A DNA stretch of 64,000 nt from Longimicrobiales bacterium. Its GTDB lineage: Bacteria > Gemmatimonadota > Gemmatimonadetes > Longimicrobiales > Gaopeijiaceae. The position numbers and the translations under genes were made by a program. The notes under the pieces were generated by a model. The model had not been told where the DNA came from and did not search any database. It saw nothing but the letters and a program-made list of their open reading frames with translations. Where the stretch lies: positions 1,920,001 to 1,984,000 of the forward strand of contig CBDFIQ010000002.1 in assembly GCA_965248195.1 (NCBI GenBank). The letters are read 5' to 3'. Shown piece by piece: positions 1-9,932 of the stretch; the first letter of the stretch is position 1; the number at the start of each line of letters is the position of its first letter.

Positions 1-431
1 CCAAACCCCGGGTTTACCGACATGATCAGCGCCAGATCGATCTCGGGTATGACCTCCGCCAGCGTCTCGAGGGATGTGGCCGGGTTCAGCGTCACTCCAG
101 GGTGTACACCCAGCTCGTGCATACGCTCGATGGTCCTGTGAAGGTGGGGGCAAACCTCCTGATGGACCGTGATGGAGTCTGCTCCGGCATCGGCGAACGC
201 GGAGAGATACCGGTCGGGCTCTTCGATCATCAAGTGCACATCGACGGGGAGGTCCGTAGCCGCCCGTACGGCCGACGTCACCGCGGGTCCGATCGTGATG
301 TTGGGGACGAAGTGGCCGTCCATGACGTCCACGTGAATCCAGTCCGCTCCGGCTTCGGCGGCCTCGGACACCTGCTCGGCCAAACGCCCGAAGTCGGCGG
401 AAAGAATGGATGGAGCGATCAGAATCGCCAT
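1..431 (-). CDS. rpe: Ribulose-phosphate 3-epimerase (3' end runs off the window)
   Basis: Not in the ORF track. Manual translation from the ATG at 431 gives [17 protein letters not shown]...[19 protein letters not shown], the Rpe signature. Lies downstream of rpiA. Confidence 0.95.
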   Translation of the reverse strand, partial: MAILIAPSILSADFGRLAEQVSEAAEAGADWIHVDVMDGHFVPNITIGPAVTSAVRAATDLPVDVHLMIEEPDRYLSAFADAGADSITVHQEVCPHLHRTIERMHELGVHPGVTLNPATSLETLAEVIPEIDLALIMSVNPGF

Positions 432-447
432 GGAGTGTGGTCTTCCG

Positions 448-1173
448 TCATGGAGCGTGATGTCCCGTCGTGGCACCGTCCCCTTTGGAAAGTGTTCTCA
501 CGCCAGCCGGACCACTGACCAAGACTTCGGTAGCCATCCCGAGAAAGAGCCCGGATTCCACGACTCCGGCTCTCTCGCGGAGGGCCAGATCAAAGCTTCT
601 CGGGTCATCGATCGCGCCGCGAGTGTGGCAGTCGAGAATGTAGTTGCCATTGTCCGTGACCATCGGTTCTCCGTCTGGCCCCACCCGGAGCACGGCTTCG
701 GCACCCAACGACTTCACGAACGGCCGGTGGATCTCCCATCCGAACTGTACCACCTCCACCGGCACGGGACCCAGCGTCCCGAGGGTGGGCACCATCTTGC
801 TGTCGTCCACCATGATCGCCAACCGCCCGGACGCCTGAGCCACCATTTTTTCGCGGAGAAGCGCGCCCCCGAGGCCCTTGATGAGGTTCAACTCCGGATC
901 GACCTCATCGGCGCCATCGATCGTCAAATCGAGAACAGGAGTTTCGGTCAAGGAGGTCAGCGGAATGCCCAGTTCCCGCGCCTCCCGAGCCGTACGAAGA
1001 GACGTGGGTACGCCGATGACGTCGATCAGGGCGCCTCCGTTGAGCCTCTCGGACAGCGCGACCAACAAGTGGGCCACGGTCGATCCGGTGCCCAAGCCCA
1101 AGCGCATCCCACTGTCCACGAGTTCGGCCGCTGCTACGCCCACCGCTTTTTTCAGTGAGTCAACGTCCGCCAA
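448..1173 (-). CDS. rpiA: Ribose-5-phosphate isomerase A
   Basis: [26 protein letters not shown] and TDNGNYILD motifs. Confidence 0.97.
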   Translation of the reverse strand: MADVDSLKKAVGVAAAELVDSGMRLGLGTGSTVAHLLVALSERLNGGALIDVIGVPTSLRTAREARELGIPLTSLTETPVLDLTIDGADEVDPELNLIKGLGGALLREKMVAQASGRLAIMVDDSKMVPTLGTLGPVPVEVVQFGWEIHRPFVKSLGAEAVLRVGPDGEPMVTDNGNYILDCHTRGAIDDPRSFDLALRERAGVVESGLFLGMATEVLVSGPAGVRTLSKGDGATTGHHAP

Positions 1174-1206
1174 GTGGCTCTCCCGGCGTGCGGACTGCGG
1201 GCTTCG

Positions 1207-2145
1207 TCAGGCGCCAAACCCCTTCATCAGCTCGTGGACCCGCTCGCTGATGGCCAGCGCTTCGTCGAAGGGCCTTTGCCACATGTTGCGGCCGAAGATG
1301 AGACCGGTCGCACCGGCTTCCAGCCCGGTACGCACCTTGGTCAGGAGGTCGTCATCCCCGAGCTTGCTGCCACCGGAAAAAAGTACGAGACAGCGCCCGG
1401 CAGACTCCACCACCCGCTTCGCGCCCTCGCCATAGTCGTAGTCGATTTCGGCGTATTCCGCAGGCTGCTCGGCGTCCTTGGGACCGTGCTTCGGGATGTT
1501 CAACTTCACGATGTCGGCACCCATTTCGAGGGCGACTCGGGCGGCATAATCGACGGCGTAGAGGCTGTCTCGCCCTCCCTTCTCCTCGATCGCGGCACCC
1601 CGCGGGTACGACCACACCACCAGAGGCATGTTGTACTTGTCGCAGTCTTCACGAACGAGTTGGAGTTGTTGGAGATCCTCATCCTGCCGGGGAGAACCGA
1701 CATACAGTGTGTAGCCGACGGCGTCGGCACCCAGCGATACCGCGTCCTCGACGCTACCGGTCAACGACGAAAGGGCCTCCGCATCGGAGGGGATCGTGGT
1801 CTTGCCGTTGATCTTCAGCAGGAGCGGCACCTCGCCCGCATACTTCGTCATGTACTTGCTGGCGAGTCCGTAATGACATGCCACCGCGTTGAAGTTGCCC
1901 TCCAGCGCCAGCCGCCACTGAAAATCCGGATCCTGGGACGGCGGGTTGGGAAAAAAGTCGATCGGCCCATGCTCCAAACCCTGGTCGATGGGGAGGATGA
2001 GAAGCGTACCGTTCTTCAAGCCTCGTCCATAGAGAAGTCTACGAAGGCGTACGCGTTTCCCGAGTGGCAGGTCGAGTTCATCGAGGACGGGGCGCGCGAC
2101 GCCCGCCCTGACGGCGGGCTCCGCGTCTACCGTGGCGGTCGACAT
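1207..2145 (-). CDS. fbaB: Class I (DhnA-type) fructose-bisphosphate aldolase
   Basis: PIDQGLEHGP, GYTLYVGS, WSYPRG, ADIVK and GLIFGRN motifs. Start placed at MSTAT, behind a GGAGG RBS. Confidence 0.92.
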   Translation of the reverse strand: MSTATVDAEPAVRAGVARPVLDELDLPLGKRVRLRRLLYGRGLKNGTLLILPIDQGLEHGPIDFFPNPPSQDPDFQWRLALEGNFNAVACHYGLASKYMTKYAGEVPLLLKINGKTTIPSDAEALSSLTGSVEDAVSLGADAVGYTLYVGSPRQDEDLQQLQLVREDCDKYNMPLVVWSYPRGAAIEEKGGRDSLYAVDYAARVALEMGADIVKLNIPKHGPKDAEQPAEYAEIDYDYGEGAKRVVESAGRCLVLFSGGSKLGDDDLLTKVRTGLEAGATGLIFGRNMWQRPFDEALAISERVHELMKGFGA

Positions 2146-2238
2146 GAATAGATCCTCCAACGTGAAAAAAATGTCAGTGGCGGGCCGATTTTCGTGCCAG
2201 AATCTAAGAACGCAGAGGGCCATGGGCCAGCCCGTCTC

Positions 2239-2267
2239 TTGACTCCTCGTCGTCGCGAGCACAGCTT
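2239..2267 (+). promoter_or_regulatory. Putative sigma70 promoter of the aroF leader
   Basis: TTGACT (2239-2244), 17-bp spacer, CAGCTT (2262-2267). The predicted start site falls at or next to the leader ATG at 2275. Confidence 0.5.
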
Positions 2268-2274
2268 CCAGCCC

Positions 2275-2343
2275 ATGATTCACGCGCACAGACATGAGGC
2301 TTTCTACTTTACGGGCCGGCCCCCTCCGGGAGCCGGCGGTTGA
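2275..2343 (+). CDS. Putative attenuator leader peptide MIHAHRHEAFYFTGRPPPGAGG
   Basis: 22-codon ORF with tandem TTC-TAC-TTT (Phe-Tyr-Phe) codons, upstream of DAHP synthase and followed by a terminator. Confidence 0.75.
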   Translation: MIHAHRHEAFYFTGRPPPGAGG

Positions 2344-2378
2344 TGCGCGCGCGCTGAGCGGAATCGCGTTTCGTCCTG

Positions 2379-2410
2379 AGGCTCTCGACTCCTGGTCGGG
2401 GGCCTTTTTT
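2379..2410 (+). terminator. Intrinsic terminator (attenuator) upstream of aroF
   Basis: Stem AGGCTCTCGAC/GTCGGGGGCCT with a 5-nt loop, followed by a T run, about 50 nt before the aroF ATG. Confidence 0.8.
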
Positions 2411-2460
2411 CGTGGCCGCTCACTTGAAAAGCCGGCCATCACTCACAATCTGAGAAGACC

Positions 2461-3495
2461 ATGATCATTATCACTCGCCCCGGAGTGACAGACGAAGAGC
2501 TCGACCACATCCGGGAACGAATCGAAGCCCTAGGACCTCGGACTCACCTCGTTCGGGGCAAGCACCGGACGGTCGTCCTGTGTATCGGAGAGCAGGAGGA
2601 TCTGGCCAATGTGCCCATGCTCTCGATCCCCGGGGTCGAGAGCGTTCGCGCGGTCATGAAGCCGTACAAGCTGGCGAACCGGCAAGTCCAACCGGAGCCC
2701 ACGGAGGTTCCTGTCGGCAGTGGCACGATCGGAGGGGATGCCCTCTCGATCATCGCGGGACCCTGCTCGGTGGAGGGCCTCACCATGCTCCAGGATACTG
2801 CGCGCCACGTAAAGGCCGCGGGAGCGACCGCACTGCGCGGCGGGGCGTTCAAGCCGAGGAGCTCCCCCTATGCGTTCGACGGCCTCGGTGAAGAAGGTCT
2901 GAAGATGCTTGCGGACGTGCGAGCCGAGACTGGACTCCCGGTGGTGACGGAAGTCATGGATACGCGGCAGGTCGACCTGGTCGCAGAGTACGCGGACGTA
3001 CTCCAGATCGGAGCCAGAAACATGCAGAATTATTCCCTCCTCACCGAGGTCGGGCGGCTGCACCGGCCGATCCTTCTCAAACGCGGGATGTCGGCCAAGG
3101 TCGCGGACCTTCTCCTGGCCGCCGAATACGTCATGAAGCAGGGGAACATGAACGTCGTGCTTTGTGAGCGAGGCATCCGGACCTTCGAGGACTCCACGCG
3201 CAACACGTTCGATCTGGCCGCGATTCCCGTGCTAAAGAAGGAGACCCATCTTCCCGTGGTGGCCGATCCCAGCCACGCGGCGGGGCGGCGAGACCTGGTG
3301 CCGGCCCTCTCCTACGCGGCGATCGCGGCTGGCGCAGACGGCCTCATTATCGAGGTCCATCCCGACCCGGAGATGGCCGTTTCCGATGGGGACCAATCTT
3401 TGGTGTTCGACGAATTCGAGTCGCTCATGGCCGCCCTGGCACCCTTTGCGGCGGCCGCAGGGAGGACGATGGAGGATCTCAACGGAGAGGCCTGA
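2461..3495 (+). CDS. aroF: DAHP synthase, type I-beta, with N-terminal regulatory domain
   Basis: [38 protein letters not shown] and DPSH motifs; about 70-aa N-terminal regulatory extension. Confidence 0.96.
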   Translation: MIIITRPGVTDEELDHIRERIEALGPRTHLVRGKHRTVVLCIGEQEDLANVPMLSIPGVESVRAVMKPYKLANRQVQPEPTEVPVGSGTIGGDALSIIAGPCSVEGLTMLQDTARHVKAAGATALRGGAFKPRSSPYAFDGLGEEGLKMLADVRAETGLPVVTEVMDTRQVDLVAEYADVLQIGARNMQNYSLLTEVGRLHRPILLKRGMSAKVADLLLAAEYVMKQGNMNVVLCERGIRTFEDSTRNTFDLAAIPVLKKETHLPVVADPSHAAGRRDLVPALSYAAIAAGADGLIIEVHPDPEMAVSDGDQSLVFDEFESLMAALAPFAAAAGRTMEDLNGEA

Positions 3496-4819
3496 GGCAG
3501 GTCTCCGCCGCGGTGATTTGCTCCAAGACGGCCTTTCGGGCCGTACCACCGGGGGCTTCCCGGGCCTCGACCGAGCGCTCCCACACGAACACGTCGAGGA
3601 CATCGGAGCCGAAATCGGCGTGTACCTTCTGGAACGCCTCGAGCGGAAGTTGGTCTATCGGAACGCCCTGGTCCTCCGCGACGCGCACGACTGTCGCGAC
3701 CACTTCGTGAGCCTTCCGGAAGGGCACGCCGGCCCGAACCAGATAGTCGGCCAGATCCGTGGAAAGAAGCTGTGGGTCGAGCGCGGCCTCGATGCGATCC
3801 GTTTGAAACTCGGCACCGCGGATGGCGCCTTCGATCGCGGGCAGCACCACGGTGAGCGTGTCCATGGAGTCGAAGAGCGTTCCCTTGTCTTCTTGGAGGT
3901 CTCGGTTGTAGCCAGTGGGGAGTCCCTTCAACACCGTCAGGAGCGACACGAGATTCCCCGTCAGGCGACCGGATTTCCCCCGCACAAGTTCCGCCACGTC
4001 CGGATTCCGCTTTTGGGGCATCAGGCTGGATCCCGTGCTAAACCCGTCGGACAACCGGACGAACCCGAACTCTTTGGATCCGAACAGCACCAAATCCTCC
4101 GCTAACCGCGACAAATGAAGCCCGACGCGGGCCGCCACGAAGGCGAAACCCAGCGCCCAGTCGCGATCGCTGACCGCGTCGATGCTGTTCTCGGAAATGT
4201 GCAGGAACCCAAGCTCTTCCCTCAGGAACTCACGGTCTATCGGGAAGGGACACCCCGCGATCGCACCCGAGCCAAGCGGCATGACGCTCGCTTGATCCCG
4301 CACGGTGCGCAGCGCTGCACGGTCACGCTCCAACGGCCAGAAGTGCGAGAGAACCCAGTGAGCGGCCCGCACCGGCTGGCCCTGCTGGAGGTGGGTATAT
4401 CCGGGTAGGACCACCTCTAGGGATTCACGCGCCCAATCCAGGAGAGCACCTTCCAACGCCTTCAGGGCGTCACCGAGGACCCCGGCCATCTCCATGCCCC
4501 ACAGGCGGAAATCGGTCGCCACCTGGTCGTTGCGCGACCGACCGGTATGGAGCTTACCGGCGACCTCACCGACGTCTTCGTGAAGCAGACGCTCCACCAG
4601 GGAATGAATGTCCTCGTCAGACTCATCGGAGTGGTCGCGTTCAGAAAGGCGGGCGGCCACGCGGTCGAGCCCCTCGAGGAGTTTGACCTCCTCGTCCTCC
4701 TCCAGAACGCCCGCCTTCACCAGTGCCCGGGCCCAGGCCCGGCTCCCACGGACATCCTGCGGCCAGAGGCGAATGTCCACATCCAGGCTCCGGTTCAAGG
4801 GAACCATTTCCCCCGCCAT
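3479..4819 (-). CDS. argH: Argininosuccinate lyase
   Basis: [21 protein letters not shown] and [12 protein letters not shown] motifs. Confidence 0.97.
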   Translation of the reverse strand: MAGEMVPLNRSLDVDIRLWPQDVRGSRAWARALVKAGVLEEDEEVKLLEGLDRVAARLSERDHSDESDEDIHSLVERLLHEDVGEVAGKLHTGRSRNDQVATDFRLWGMEMAGVLGDALKALEGALLDWARESLEVVLPGYTHLQQGQPVRAAHWVLSHFWPLERDRAALRTVRDQASVMPLGSGAIAGCPFPIDREFLREELGFLHISENSIDAVSDRDWALGFAFVAARVGLHLSRLAEDLVLFGSKEFGFVRLSDGFSTGSSLMPQKRNPDVAELVRGKSGRLTGNLVSLLTVLKGLPTGYNRDLQEDKGTLFDSMDTLTVVLPAIEGAIRGAEFQTDRIEAALDPQLLSTDLADYLVRAGVPFRKAHEVVATVVRVAEDQGVPIDQLPLEAFQKVHADFGSDVLDVFVWERSVEAREAPGGTARKAVLEQITAAETCLRPLR

Positions 4820-4863
4820 AGCGCCCTCGATGCGGCCGCTCCAGAGGGGGGCGGGCGGGCCGA

Positions 4864-6228
4864 TCAGCCCGCCGGGGTTTTGAGGCCCGCGGACTCCATC
4901 ATCTCGGTCACGGCCTCGTTCGTCTCGGTCTCGGCGCCCTTCTTGTGCGCCCCCTTGCTCTCCCCGCCCTCACTCTCCCCGCCCTTTTTTTCCCCGCCTT
5001 TCTTCTCCCCGCCCTTCTTCCTCCCGCCCTGGCCGCTGTCCCGCTCCGCCGCAACCCGCGCAGGAAGCCCGAACAACTTGATGAACCCTTCGGCGTCGGC
5101 ATGGTCGTACGTCGCCTCTTCACCGAAAGACGCGAGTCCGGCGTGGTACAACGACTCGGGGCTCCTACGGCTCGCCACCGATGCCGAACCCTTGTAGAGC
5201 TTCAAGCGCACGACACCCGTGACCCGCTTCATGAGGACGTCCATGAACGCATCCATGGCCTCTCTCTCAGGCGTCCACCACCAGCCCTCGTATACCAGAT
5301 CCGCGTAGCGGCCCGCGACCTGATCCTTGAACGCTAGAGCCCGGCGATCGAGTGTGAGCTGCTCGAGTTCCTGAAGCGCGGTATAGAGAAGCGTTCCCCC
5401 AGGGGTCTCATACACGCCACGCGACTTCATTCCGACCAGCCGGTCCTCCACGAGATCCACCCTCCCTACGCCATGCCGGGAGCCGATCTCGTTCAAGGCC
5501 AGGAGGAGGTGTACCGAGTCCATGGCCTCATCGTTGACCGACACGGGAAATCCCTGCTCGAAGCCGATCTCCAGGTATTCGGGTGTGTCCGGCGCGGCCT
5601 CGGGAGCCGTGGTCCATTGGTACATCGAGTCATCGGGCTCGAACGCGGGATCCTCGAGCGGACCACCCTCGTGCGAGATATGCCAGATGTTCTCGTCGCG
5701 TGAATAGAGCTTGGTCTCGTCGACACCTACAAGGGGTATCTCGCGAGCGCGGGCGTACTCCAATGCGTCCTCACGGGACTGCAGATCCCACTCGCGCCAG
5801 GGAGCGATCACACGGAGATCCGGTGCGAGCGCGGTAAACGTCAGCTCGAACCGAACCTGATCGTTTCCCTTGCCGGTGCAGCCATGCGAAAGCGCATCCG
5901 CTCCAACCTCGCGGGCCACCTCTACCATCCGGCGCGCGATGATGGGACGCGCCATGCAAGTGCCCAGGAGGTACTTGCGACCGTAGACGGCTCCTGAACG
6001 AAGCGTCGGCCACACGAAATCTTCGACGAACTCCCTGCGCAGGTCCTCGCCGTGGAACTCCGCGGCCCCAGTCGCCTCGGCCCGCTCCCCGAGCCCGTCG
6101 AGACCGCCCGGCTGTCCCACGTCGGCAGCCACGCAAATGACCTCGGCGTCGTAGTTCTCACGAAGCCACGGAACGATGACGGACGTGTCCAGTCCACCGG
6201 AGTACGCGAGCACCACCTTCAGCGCCAT
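4864..6228 (-). CDS. argG: Argininosuccinate synthase with low-complexity C-terminal tail
   Basis: LAYSGGLDTS, HGCTGKGNDQVRFE and GMKSRGVYETPGG motifs. Confidence 0.97.
   Translation of the reverse strand: MALKVVLAYSGGLDTSVIVPWLRENYDAEVICVAADVGQPGGLDGLGERAEATGAAEFHGEDLRREFVEDFVWPTLRSGAVYGRKYLLGTCMARPIIARRMVEVAREVGADALSHGCTGKGNDQVRFELTFTALAPDLRVIAPWREWDLQSREDALEYARAREIPLVGVDETKLYSRDENIWHISHEGGPLEDPAFEPDDSMYQWTTAPEAAPDTPEYLEIGFEQGFPVSVNDEAMDSVHLLLALNEIGSRHGVGRVDLVEDRLVGMKSRGVYETPGGTLLYTALQELEQLTLDRRALAFKDQVAGRYADLVYEGWWWTPEREAMDAFMDVLMKRVTGVVRLKLYKGSASVASRRSPESLYHAGLASFGEEATYDHADAEGFIKLFGLPARVAAERDSGQGGRKKGGEKKGGEKKGGESEGGESKGAHKKGAETETNEAVTEMMESAGLKTPAG
4925..5030 (-). repeat. Degenerate 15-nt tandem repeat in the argG tail
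   Basis: Encodes GGRKK GGEKK GGEKK GGESE GGESK GAHKK GAETE. Confidence 0.8.
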
Positions 6229-6298
6229 GACTGCCTCTTACTGTGACATACACACAAAAAAACGCGGGCCGGGAACAGAACCAGCCACTTCTTCACTG

Positions 6299-6754
6299 TC
6301 AAGCTGGCCTCATCGCTTCATCGGCCATGGTCCGCACCTTCTCGGGCTCGAAGCCCACGCTTCGGCCGACCTCCTCGCCATCCTTGAAGAGAATCACGGT
6401 GGGGATGCTGCGAATGCCGAATTTCTGGGAAAGATCCGGCGCCTGATCCGTGTCGATCTTGACCACGAGCAACTTCCCCTCATGCGCCTGGGCGAGCTCG
6501 TCCATCAGGGGCGCGACATACTTGCACGGCGCACACCAGTCCGCATAGAAATCCACCAGCACGGGCGCCTCCGAGCCGAGTACCGTACGGTCGAAATCCT
6601 CCCCACCGACCTTGACCGGTCGATCGAGGAGCAGCGGCTTCGCACAGTCGCCGCATTTCGGTCGGTCGCCCGATTTGCCGAGATCGACGTCGTTGAGCGT
6701 CAAGCAAAAAGGGCACCGCAGGGTGACCTTGTTTTGGTGCTGGACTTCATTCAC
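6299..6754 (-). CDS. trxC: Thioredoxin 2 with N-terminal Zn-binding domain
   Basis: CPFC...CGDC plus WCAPC active site and GIRSIPT. Confidence 0.9.
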   Translation of the reverse strand: MNEVQHQNKVTLRCPFCLTLNDVDLGKSGDRPKCGDCAKPLLLDRPVKVGGEDFDRTVLGSEAPVLVDFYADWCAPCKYVAPLMDELAQAHEGKLLVVKIDTDQAPDLSQKFGIRSIPTVILFKDGEEVGRSVGFEPEKVRTMADEAMRPA

Positions 6755-6784
6755 AGAACCGCTCCTGGAAGAGACTCCGCTTCA

Positions 6785-9649
6785 CTAGAACAGGTCGTAC
6801 CGGACCCGCACCATGATGAACCGGCCAATCTCGGGTACGCCGACGAAGCTCCTGTACCCGTTGTCGAACAAGTTGCTTACCGTCAGCTGAAGCGTCGCCT
6901 GGGTCTGGGGAACCTTATAGCCGAGCGTTAGGTCGACCAGTTGGAAGCCCTCCACACAAGTCTCCTCGAAAAGGATGCCCCTGGACTGGGTCTCGCACGG
7001 AAACGTCCCGACGAATCCGGCGGACTCCGCCGGGAAACCCGACGTGATTCGAAGCCGTGCCTCCGCATTTAAGCCCACGCGGGCGTCCCGATACGCCAGA
7101 GACACGGTGCCCTTGGCCTTCGGCGCGTTGAGAGAGATCGGTACGATCCCGTTTTCCACTTCGGGGGGGTCCGAGCCGCTGCCACCCCCCAGGTCGAAGT
7201 AGTCGTCAGTCACGAACGACGCAGTCGACGACAGTGTCCACTTGTCATTCAGAAATGCCTTGATCGAAAAATCCGCCCCGTACATGTCCACGTCACCGGC
7301 GTTGACATAAGTCACCAACAGATTCGGCGCGCTTCCCTCCACCTCATTGGACGAAACCACTCCAAGCGGAATTTCGGCCATACCAGGTGTGCCGCCCACA
7401 CCATCACCCCCGTCAGCCAGGGTCGTGGCTTGGACTATCGCAGTCGCCTGGGCGGTCACGGGATCGAGGCCCCCCGCTACGAGCGCCGCAGTGAGCGACG
7501 GCACCAGAAAGCCCACCATAGACGATCCATCGAGCAGGAGCAGCGGCGTCCGGAAGATCAACGGGGAAACGAAATTCTCCCTTTTGGAATACCACACGTC
7601 CGCCGCCAGGACTATCCTGTTGTTTATGAGGCCCTGATAGCCCACTTCGAAGGTCGTCGTGGTGCTCTCCTTGAGCTTTTCGACCGAGGGCACGGCGCCG
7701 GCCGTAAGAGGCGCTACCCCACTCGTCGCCGGGTCCAGGAGGTTGATCCCTATGTCAGCCGCGGTGGGAGACAGGCTTGCCAGAAGCCCGGCCGTGGGTG
7801 CATCGATCGCCCCCTGCGCTGCCAGCAGGCCCACTCCCAACTGCCAGAGCGTCGGCACGTCAGCGGGAATCAAACCCGGCCCACCCGGGTTGAAGGGGGA
7901 GCGCATGCCGGTGAGGCTACCGTCGGGGTTCTGGAAGACGAAGCCCTCGGTCGGCCCCTGGGCCTGCACCCTGTATCCCAAAGGACCCAGAGCCCCCGCC
8001 GGCCCTCCCGAAATGTCCAGGAACAGGTTGAGCGTCGAGGGCGTCGAGAACGCACGGTTGAAGGTGGCTCGGAAGCTGTGGTTCTCGGCCGGCTCGAAGA
8101 CCAGCGCGGCTCGCGGCGAGTAAACGTTGTCGTCGAGCCTGGAGTGCGTGTCCAGCCGGCCCGCCAGAACGAGGTCCAACTGGTCTGTCAACGCGGTCTT
8201 CGACTGGATGTACGCGCCGAATTCCTCGATGTTGTCATCGGCCTCGTTTCTGCCGTTGATCGTGCCTTCGGTCCGAGGGTTCGTGAAGAAGTAGTCGATC
8301 CCGTACGTGAAGTCCTGCCGGCCATCGAGGAGATCGCCCCCGTGCTGGATCTGCCCGACGAACATGCGAGACCGATCTGCAAGGGGCACGCCGTCTCGCA
8401 GGAGGTAGCTGTCACCTGCGTCCGTCGTGTTGACGTAGGCTTGCGCGAAGAGCCGCTCAACGTTGACCCTGGCTTGGTAGTACGCATACTTCCAGTCCTC
8501 CACCTGACCCGCGCCCAAGCCTGTGAGCTCGATCCCCTCGACGTTCGTGAGGCCGAAGTCCAGGCTCAAACGGCCATCATCCGCGAACCCATAATCCGCC
8601 CGGGCATCCACCGATTGACGCCTGAAGTCGAAGCCGTCGAAATCACGAACCCCCACTCGGTCGAAGGCCAGATTCGCATCCCCTTGGCTCAAGCCCCGAG
8701 CTATCCTCTCGGCGACGAACGCCGTTTGATCAGCACTCGCCGCAGCGCGCGCCGCGACTTCCGCGGGGTCCGTGAAGCGCCACTCATTCCCCTGAATCTG
8801 TTGGGCTGAAATCTTGAAGCCGAAGTTATCCGACAGCTTGTGGGCCGTCCGAAACGCCCCTTGCCAAGTGTTTTTTTCTCCTCCGCCCAGGGTTACGCTG
8901 GTCCCCTGACTCTCCAGGGGGGACTTCGTGATCATGTGGACAACGCCGTTGGCCGTATTGGGCCCGTAGAGGGCTGAGCCCGGTCCCAGAACGACCTCGA
9001 TCCTCTCCAGGTCGTCATTGGTGGTTGGAATCCAGTGCAGGAGATTGACACGGAGCGAGGGAATGCCGGCGATCCGGTTGTCCACAAGCGTGTGCAGGGA
9101 GCCCGAAAAGATGTTGTTGAATCCACGGAGCACGACGTTCGTGGACTGCACCCCATGCTGGATGACGTCGACACCCGGCGCCGCCCTCAGGTGATCCACC
9201 GGTGTGACCGCGGCCCTCTCCGCGACTTCGGTCACTCCCACCACAAAGGTCGTGGCTGGCGCCTCGGTATTTTTTTCGGGCCCCCTGGAGGCCGTGATTA
9301 CGATCGGATTCAGTTCCAGCGCCTCCGAGGTCAGTTGGAGATCGAGCGTCGTGGTCGCCCCGGCCCGAATACGGATGCCGTCTTCACGGTGGTCCCGGTA
9401 TCCGAGCGTGGAGATCACCACGGCGTACGTCCCCGGCGCTAGCGAGATCGTGAACTGTCCCGATGTGTTGGTCAGGGTTGTGGTTCCGCCGCTCCGCAGG
9501 ACCTCGACGCCGGCGGAGACCATGGGTGCCCCATTTTCGATATCAGTGAGCGTTCCAGTGAGCGTCCCGTTCTGTGCCGAGAGCGTGGCGGCTCCTCCCG
9601 TGAGAATCGAACCGAAAACACAGCCGGAGATCAGTAGCTTCGCACGCAT
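6785..9649 (-). CDS. TonB-dependent outer-membrane receptor with N-terminal carboxypeptidase-regulatory-like domain
   Basis: Signal peptide, plug motif ERIEVVLGPGSALYG, NLFD motif and C-terminal aromatic (RYDLF). Confidence 0.93.
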   Translation of the reverse strand: MRAKLLISGCVFGSILTGGAATLSAQNGTLTGTLTDIENGAPMVSAGVEVLRSGGTTTLTNTSGQFTISLAPGTYAVVISTLGYRDHREDGIRIRAGATTTLDLQLTSEALELNPIVITASRGPEKNTEAPATTFVVGVTEVAERAAVTPVDHLRAAPGVDVIQHGVQSTNVVLRGFNNIFSGSLHTLVDNRIAGIPSLRVNLLHWIPTTNDDLERIEVVLGPGSALYGPNTANGVVHMITKSPLESQGTSVTLGGGEKNTWQGAFRTAHKLSDNFGFKISAQQIQGNEWRFTDPAEVAARAAASADQTAFVAERIARGLSQGDANLAFDRVGVRDFDGFDFRRQSVDARADYGFADDGRLSLDFGLTNVEGIELTGLGAGQVEDWKYAYYQARVNVERLFAQAYVNTTDAGDSYLLRDGVPLADRSRMFVGQIQHGGDLLDGRQDFTYGIDYFFTNPRTEGTINGRNEADDNIEEFGAYIQSKTALTDQLDLVLAGRLDTHSRLDDNVYSPRAALVFEPAENHSFRATFNRAFSTPSTLNLFLDISGGPAGALGPLGYRVQAQGPTEGFVFQNPDGSLTGMRSPFNPGGPGLIPADVPTLWQLGVGLLAAQGAIDAPTAGLLASLSPTAADIGINLLDPATSGVAPLTAGAVPSVEKLKESTTTTFEVGYQGLINNRIVLAADVWYSKRENFVSPLIFRTPLLLLDGSSMVGFLVPSLTAALVAGGLDPVTAQATAIVQATTLADGGDGVGGTPGMAEIPLGVVSSNEVEGSAPNLLVTYVNAGDVDMYGADFSIKAFLNDKWTLSSTASFVTDDYFDLGGGSGSDPPEVENGIVPISLNAPKAKGTVSLAYRDARVGLNAEARLRITSGFPAESAGFVGTFPCETQSRGILFEETCVEGFQLVDLTLGYKVPQTQATLQLTVSNLFDNGYRSFVGVPEIGRFIMVRVRYDLF

Positions 9650-9932
9650 GACACCCCCCCCTCAAGAATCGAGCACTCCCGGAACCTACGTCGGACCCCA
9701 CAGATGGTCCTCTTGCGGACCCGCACGAGCGTCCAGAGTCGCCTCCCGGGCGGGAAGAGGACCCACGGGGTTGCGAAAGGAAATTATACAAGGGACAATG
9801 CGTGGGCAATGAACACCCTCTCCATGACTTCATGCCGAATTGGAGCCGATTTGTGGTGACATCGATTCCCGGATTCCTCCTGTTCACGGCAAGGCGAAAG
9901 CGGATCACCTCCCCCAGTCCGGCCATACCCCC

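Noticed and set aside
7430..8809. Long antisense ORFs (e.g. 7430-8809, 11842-13008, 52164-53237, 57118-58281)
   Set aside because: They are shadow frames opposite well-supported genes in GC-rich DNA and have no motifs.
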